A stretch of 49,208 bases of DNA, taken from UHGV virus genome UHGV-0196072; one strand, written 5' to 3'. Shown here in pieces: positions 44,778-49,208 of this stretch. A model generated the notes under the pieces. That model was not told where the DNA came from. It saw nothing but the letters and a program-made list of their open reading frames with translations, and ran no database searches. Positions within the stretch are counted from its first letter, which is position 1. Every line of letters starts with the position of its first letter. The position numbers and the translations under genes were made by a program. The DNA comes from a virus.

Positions 44778-46347
44778 GTTTATCCTCCTCTGTCTTGCGA
44801 CTGTCCTGAATTTGTTGTTGATACGTGGACGCTATCCAGACCGGACTCGACAACCCGGCCAGCCTGCGCTCTTCGGACTCTCTGACCTGCTGGCGGAAAA
44901 TCTCCTGGTAATCTTCCCCCATGATGGCCAGTTCTTTTTCATACGTGCTCAGGCCTGCTTCAATACGCATGACCGACTCCTGCACCTCTTTCAGTCCGTC
45001 AATGGCCATACGCCCGGCACCAATCCATTCCGCACGGCACCAGCTTGAGCGCGCCTCCCAGAAAGAAAAACGTGTACGCGGTGCGCGAATGATGCCCCGC
45101 GCCAGCGCCTCTTCCAGCCAGCAGGCAAACATCTGTGTGGCCATCCGCCCGGCAATGAATTTACGGCGCCCAAGAAAATACCGCCACGACTCGTTGGCAG
45201 ATGCGCGGGCGCTGGAATAGCTGACCTGCGAATAATCTCGCGACAGCTGTTCGTAGGACACGCCCAGCCCTGCGGCGATATAGCGAAGCAGCGCCTGCTC
45301 CAGCGCGGAAAATCCGTTATCAGAATCCTGCGCGGTCTGCAGGTTAAGCTCATCGCCCGGGTACAGATGAGGAATTTTCACACCACCCAGTTTGATATTA
45401 TTTGCCTGATAGTAACGGGAATACTGAGACAGCATCTTCATCAGCGGGCCGTTGTCCCCATCCGCCGCGGCGATGTATTCAAACGCCTTTTCCGAATCCA
45501 GTTCACTCTCAATGGTGGCCGCGTACATCGCTTTAACGATGGCAGACTGCAGCTGTGTCGCCTGCAGAGTGTCCAGCATTTTTAGCCTTTCCATCACGCT
45601 GAAGAACTGGTTGGCCCCACGGGTCTGTCCGTCCTCCACCGGTTCAAACACGTGGATCATGGCCGGCCTGCCCGAGGGAAGAGTTTTAGGTACCCGCGTC
45701 CAGCGCCCGGTGCCGGAAAAAGGCCATGTATCTTCACTGACGTGATAGGCCAGCGCTTTCCCGTTTTTATCGATTTCCACGCCGGCCCTGAGCTGGCGGT
45801 TACCCTGAGCGTGACCTGGTGTGTCAATGCGTTTCGGGCTGATGGCTTTAAAACGGGTACGGAACAATTGCGTGGTTTCAGCATCCCAGACAGGCTGGAC
45901 GAACACTTCACCGTTGAAAGCATGAACACCCACCCCTTCCCGGATAAACTCAGTAAAAGTGCGCTTTCCTTCAATGTCTATTTCACCAAAAACCGAATCA
46001 CAGTATTCGGTCCAGGCACATTCCACTTCATCCACAAAGCTTTTTGCCGCGGCTTCCCGCATCCCGAGATACCGCCAGTTCGGGCGGTAACTGATGAGGA
46101 AAAGGTGACCGACGATATGATCCTTGTGCAGGGCAACGGCATTCGCCGCAATACCATTGTTACGAACCAGATCGTCGGCACGCGCGTTACCCAGTCTCAG
46201 TGACGGAAGTAACGCCGCATCCACGCTTTCAGCGGGGGGGACCCAGTCCGCCATTTGCCCGCCAAACCCGACACCCCCTCCGCTGTAACTCAGGCTTTCC
46301 CGTAGAGGAGCGCCGTGCACATCAACCAGCACAGGTGATCGCTTCAC
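44767..46347 (-). CDS. B: portal protein B
   Basis: 526 aa, highly similar to lambda gpB along its length. Confidence 0.95.
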   Translation of the reverse strand: MKRSPVLVDVHGAPLRESLSYSGGGVGFGGQMADWVPPAESVDAALLPSLRLGNARADDLVRNNGIAANAVALHKDHIVGHLFLISYRPNWRYLGMREAAAKSFVDEVECAWTEYCDSVFGEIDIEGKRTFTEFIREGVGVHAFNGEVFVQPVWDAETTQLFRTRFKAISPKRIDTPGHAQGNRQLRAGVEIDKNGKALAYHVSEDTWPFSGTGRWTRVPKTLPSGRPAMIHVFEPVEDGQTRGANQFFSVMERLKMLDTLQATQLQSAIVKAMYAATIESELDSEKAFEYIAAADGDNGPLMKMLSQYSRYYQANNIKLGGVKIPHLYPGDELNLQTAQDSDNGFSALEQALLRYIAAGLGVSYEQLSRDYSQVSYSSARASANESWRYFLGRRKFIAGRMATQMFACWLEEALARGIIRAPRTRFSFWEARSSWCRAEWIGAGRMAIDGLKEVQESVMRIEAGLSTYEKELAIMGEDYQEIFRQQVRESEERRLAGLSSPVWIASTYQQQIQDSRKTEEDKRAT

Positions 46348-46550
46348 AATCTCACCCCCGCCGGCGGTCGACGTTTTGAGCTCACCAGTAACGACGATTC
46401 CAGCTCCGCAATGTACCGCTTCAGGTCACCCACCGACGTGGCAGTGAACTCCACACGGCGCCCATCTTTTTGCACCGTGGCAACTCGCTTGCCCGTCATC
46501 AGGTCATGCAGCGCCGAGCGGGCTTCCAGTAATTCAGTGGTCGTTGCCAT
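46344..46550 (-). CDS. W: head-tail connector protein W (start at the internal Met [10 protein letters not shown]; the ORF is open to 46727)
   Basis: Nearly identical to lambda gpW ([37 protein letters not shown]). Confidence 0.85.
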   Translation of the reverse strand: MATTTELLEARSALHDLMTGKRVATVQKDGRRVEFTATSVGDLKRYIAELESSLLVSSKRRPPAGVRL

Positions 46551-48444
46551 TAATACCTCCGGACAGCGTTGCCGCCAGTTGTTCAAGAGAAAGAGTGCTC
46601 TGCCCTTCGTTTTTCCTCGATGCTGCCAGAACATCCAGATCCAGTTGCCAGCGCTGAACGGAAACCCGGAATGCCGCATAGGCATACACCAGGCAATCCA
46701 GCGCTTCGTTCCTGCGCCCTTTTGCATCCCACAGCAGTCTGATTTTTCCGTTCACCAGCTTTTCCACCAGCTCTTCGGCCACCAGCTGTTTCGCCTCCAC
46801 TTCAGAAAAAATTTCCGGATCGTCAGGGAAGTGAAAAGCGTAGGGGGTTGCGGTATCTGGCGGAGCGGTGTCTGCCCCCATTCTGGAGTAAAGCATCTCT
46901 TTGGTCGTATCCGTACCGATCTCACACAGATAGGCCCCACTCTGATTGCGCTTTTTAGGCATGGTAATAATCGGTTTGCCGTATACCGATGCCCCTTTAA
47001 TGGGCAGAACGCGGAAGATGCCGTGTTTTTTTGAACGCCGGTATACGATTTCCTGATCAATGCCGCCGGTATCCCAGCAGATGCGGGATATGGTCATCTC
47101 CGTGCCGTCAACGTGGCGGTATTTTCGGTTTATCGCATCATCCACGCGCAGAAGGGTAGCCTCGTCATCATGACGCCCCATGATAATTTGCTTATCCACA
47201 AGAAACGCTTCTTCGCCCGGCGCCCACCCCCAGACGTACATCTCGTAACGGTTACGCTGTGAGTCAATACCTGCGGTCAGGTACACCACCCGCTCAGGGA
47301 CAGACGCGGCATAATGCATGACCTTGTCCATCAGCAGTTCGTGGTTCAGTTTTTCCGCCACTGCCTCTTCGAACGTCTCACCAAGCGTCGTATTAACAAA
47401 GGTTTTCACACCGTTTGGATCTTTCAGCGCATCCAGCCAGTCATAGACAATCTGCACCCAGGTGGTAAACGGGCTGTAGGCTGTCCAGATGTGAAAGGTG
47501 ATCGTACGGGGCGAGGCGACTTCATTGCCGTCCGGACTAAAAAAAGTCAGACCGTCGCGGGTCCACAATCCCGTGTTATCACAAATCCAGCGCCCGGCAG
47601 TCTGGTCAAGTTCAGACTGCCGGATCACACATCCGTTATGCTCACACAGGTAATACGCCGTTTCCGGCTGGTCTTTTTCCCATTTGAGACCAAACGACGT
47701 CGAGTTGTCGCCAAATTTAAGATACTGCTCTTCACCACAGTGCGGGCAAGGAACATAGAACCGCATGAAGTGCGCCGACTCATTCGCTGCCTTTTCTATC
47801 TGGCAGGAACCTTTAATTTTGGGTGTTGAGCCGCGAATGGATTTGGGCCAGACAGAGCCTTCAATACGCTTGTCGCCCAGCAGCGTGGGTGAGCCTTCCT
47901 TTTCCACATCCGGTTCAAACGAGGAGAGTTCGTCATAACAGACCACATCGACAGATTTTTCACGATAGTTTTTGGCAGCTGCGCCACCAAGACACCAGAA
48001 GCCCACGCCTGAAGAGAATCGCTTCAGGGTGAGCGTGTTATCCCTGTGTTTACGCCCCAGCCAGGGGGAAAGCGCTTTCAGACAGGCAACATCCCGGAGA
48101 GTGGGCTCCACGTGAGATTTCATAAAATCTTCGGCAGCGGAATCCGTTGGCTGAAACAGCAGGCTGTTTCGGGATTTGTGCTCAATAAAATACCCTTCCA
48201 CCCCTAGCAACATTTTGGTGTAGCCAACGCGGGCGGACTTTATCAGGTTGATAGTGCGGATCAAATCGCTTCCCATCGCATTCATGATACCGACCTGGAA
48301 TGGCAGGGTGACCCAGTCTCCGGCGCCGTAAGATGACTCTTTCGGCAAAAAATAGTACTTGTCAGCCCACTCCACCGCCGTCATCGGCAGCGGTCGGATA
48401 AGCGGTCTCAGCCCCTCCCGGACTGCCCGCATCATATTATTCAT
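46534..48444 (-). CDS. A: terminase large subunit (gpA-like)
   Basis: Collinear with lambda gpA ([23 protein letters not shown]-terminal ALDC.VYA). Start at the Met aligned to lambda MNISNSQVNRL. The ORF is open to 48492. Confidence 0.95.
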   Translation of the reverse strand: MNNMMRAVREGLRPLIRPLPMTAVEWADKYYFLPKESSYGAGDWVTLPFQVGIMNAMGSDLIRTINLIKSARVGYTKMLLGVEGYFIEHKSRNSLLFQPTDSAAEDFMKSHVEPTLRDVACLKALSPWLGRKHRDNTLTLKRFSSGVGFWCLGGAAAKNYREKSVDVVCYDELSSFEPDVEKEGSPTLLGDKRIEGSVWPKSIRGSTPKIKGSCQIEKAANESAHFMRFYVPCPHCGEEQYLKFGDNSTSFGLKWEKDQPETAYYLCEHNGCVIRQSELDQTAGRWICDNTGLWTRDGLTFFSPDGNEVASPRTITFHIWTAYSPFTTWVQIVYDWLDALKDPNGVKTFVNTTLGETFEEAVAEKLNHELLMDKVMHYAASVPERVVYLTAGIDSQRNRYEMYVWGWAPGEEAFLVDKQIIMGRHDDEATLLRVDDAINRKYRHVDGTEMTISRICWDTGGIDQEIVYRRSKKHGIFRVLPIKGASVYGKPIITMPKKRNQSGAYLCEIGTDTTKEMLYSRMGADTAPPDTATPYAFHFPDDPEIFSEVEAKQLVAEELVEKLVNGKIRLLWDAKGRRNEALDCLVYAYAAFRVSVQRWQLDLDVLAASRKNEGQSTLSLEQLAATLSGGINGNDH

Positions 48445-48943
48445 CTGTACTTCGGATAAAATCATCCATCCACCCCGGTAATTTCTCATCAACGCGGGCG
48501 CAGGCGTTTGCCCCCTTCGCCACCAGTGTTTTCAGGTGATCGATCTGACGTGGGGACAGCTCCGGAAATTGCCGCTGCATGGCCAGTGGTATGCCATCAA
48601 GCGTACTGGATAGCTCCATCGCTACCCGGCTTAGCGCAAAGGTACAAAATGCCGCATCGATCAACTTACCCTCAGTAACCCGGTTCTTTAGCCGCTGTGC
48701 GATGGCCTGTTCTTCCGTCAGGTCAACCCGGGCCTGAAGTAACTTTTCCTCAAGATCGTCTTCACCCTCTGAAGATTTCTGGTTTTGTTGTCGTCTCTCG
48801 CGATCTATCTCCAGAACGGTTTTAACGTCATAAAAAACCTCTCTCCCCCGGCGCTCAACAGGAGGGACACCCCATTTATCAAATGCCTGAACTGAGATAC
48901 CTATGGAGGAGGCCATATCACTTTTATTCAACAAAAAGGCCAT
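48437..48943 (-). CDS. Nu1: terminase small subunit (Nu1-like)
   Basis: Matches lambda Nu1 (AFCTF.LSR.A.E..S.LDG.PL..QR.FPEL). ATG at 48943 with a GGAGGGG RBS. The ORF is open to a GTG at 48961. Confidence 0.85.
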   Translation of the reverse strand: MAFLLNKSDMASSIGISVQAFDKWGVPPVERRGREVFYDVKTVLEIDRERRQQNQKSSEGEDDLEEKLLQARVDLTEEQAIAQRLKNRVTEGKLIDAAFCTFALSRVAMELSSTLDGIPLAMQRQFPELSPRQIDHLKTLVAKGANACARVDEKLPGWMDDFIRSTDE

Positions 48944-49160
48944 CACCCCTCCATAAGCCACCGGCGAAAAAGCAATACAACAACCGCCTGTTTTTGCTAA
49001 ACCCGATGATTTTACTAACCTTTCTCACAGGGAAAGCATCAAAAAACATCATCAGGTTGTTGTATTTATTTCTCTTTTTTCTTACTTATCAATGATGTAG
49101 GGCAAACTATAAAACAACAACCACCCCCTTAAAAAAACTCATAAGTAGCGAAATCCTGCG
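48944..49160 (-). promoter_or_regulatory. cosB-like terminase-binding region between cosN and Nu1
   Basis: AT-rich. Immediately 3' of cosN the minus strand reads CGCAGGATTTCGCTACTTATGA, against lambda CGCGGGTTTTCGCTATTTATGA. Confidence 0.55.
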
Positions 49161-49172
49161 AGGTCGCCGCCC
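49161..49172 (-). other. cosN cohesive-end sequence GGGCGGCGACCT (minus strand), identical to lambda
   Basis: Plus strand aggtcgccgccc. The minus-strand flanks match lambda on both sides: (ACG|GGGCGGCGACCTCGC) and cosQ-like TCGGGTCCTTTCCGG. Confidence 0.8.
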
Positions 49173-49208
49173 CGTAATCACTCGAACTCCCGGAAAGGAC
49201 CCGAAACG
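49173..49208 (-). other. cosQ-like right-end sequence (last about 36 bp of the mature chromosome)
   Basis: Minus strand cgtttcgggtcctttccgggagttcgagtgattacg, against the lambda right end ACGGGTCCTTTCCGGTGATCCGACAGGTTACG. Confidence 0.6.

Larger units (their letters stand above)
1..49208. mobile_element. Complete or near-complete lambdoid temperate phage genome, circularly permuted; minus strand corresponds to the lambda rightward strand
   Basis: Full lambda-order structural module on the minus strand (Nu1, A, W, B, C, D, E, FI, FII, Z, U, V, G/T, H, M, L, K, I, J). Also present: cos, CI/Cro switch, int/xis next to attP, and a lysis cassette. The first and last genes of the window are contiguous in the lambda map if the ends are joined. 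Confidence 0.8.

Noticed and set aside
1-49208. Interpretation as an integrated prophage with att sites at the window ends
   Set aside because: The att core is internal (17916..17961), in the J-att-int vegetative arrangement. A lambda-type cos lies next to the terminase, and no host genes are present. A permuted phage genome is the more consistent reading.

Overview
The window is an essentially complete temperate lambdoid (lambda-like siphovirus) phage genome of about 49.2 kb. It is written in reverse complement relative to the usual lambda map and is circularly permuted. A lambda-type cosQ-cosN-cosB junction sits at 49161..49208 next to the terminase genes. The attP core, a 46-nt 3' fragment of tRNA-Pro, lies internally between integrase and the tail-fibre genes, which is vegetative gene order rather than prophage order.

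On the minus strand, running from cos, lie terS, terL, W, portal, C protease/scaffold, D, E, FI, FII, Z, U, V, G/GT, H, M, L, K, a lipoprotein moron, I, a giant J and a side tail fibre. The plus-strand early-left operon contains a CI-like repressor, OL/pL, yfdPQR-like genes, an exonuclease, xis and int. The minus-strand early-right and late operon runs cro, a CII-like gene, an O-like replication gene with internal iterons, three orphan DNA methyltransferases, DUF968, a Q-like antiterminator, a hicAB moron, a pinholin, a SAR endolysin and Rz/Rz1.

The outstanding feature is a single 12.6-kb ORF encoding a 4199-aa J-type central tail-fibre protein. A lambda-J N-terminus (about 830 aa) and a lambda-J-like C-terminal receptor-binding region (about 280 aa) bracket roughly 3000 aa of inserted sequence. 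The insert holds at least ten about-150-aa beta-sandwich carbohydrate-binding-like modules separated by fibrous 'TSQGQSITxL' repeat linkers. It includes an ancient internal duplication of a two-module unit at an exact 4101-nt offset.

Secondary points include:
- a duplicated about-160-bp promoter/leader module with a covarying hairpin
- a 30-bp tandem duplication over a start codon
- a 22-bp perfect inverted repeat in the N-less pL leader
- a triplicated scaffold repeat in gpC
- a near-canonical G-T frameshift site

No CRISPR array and no intact tRNA or rRNA gene were found.
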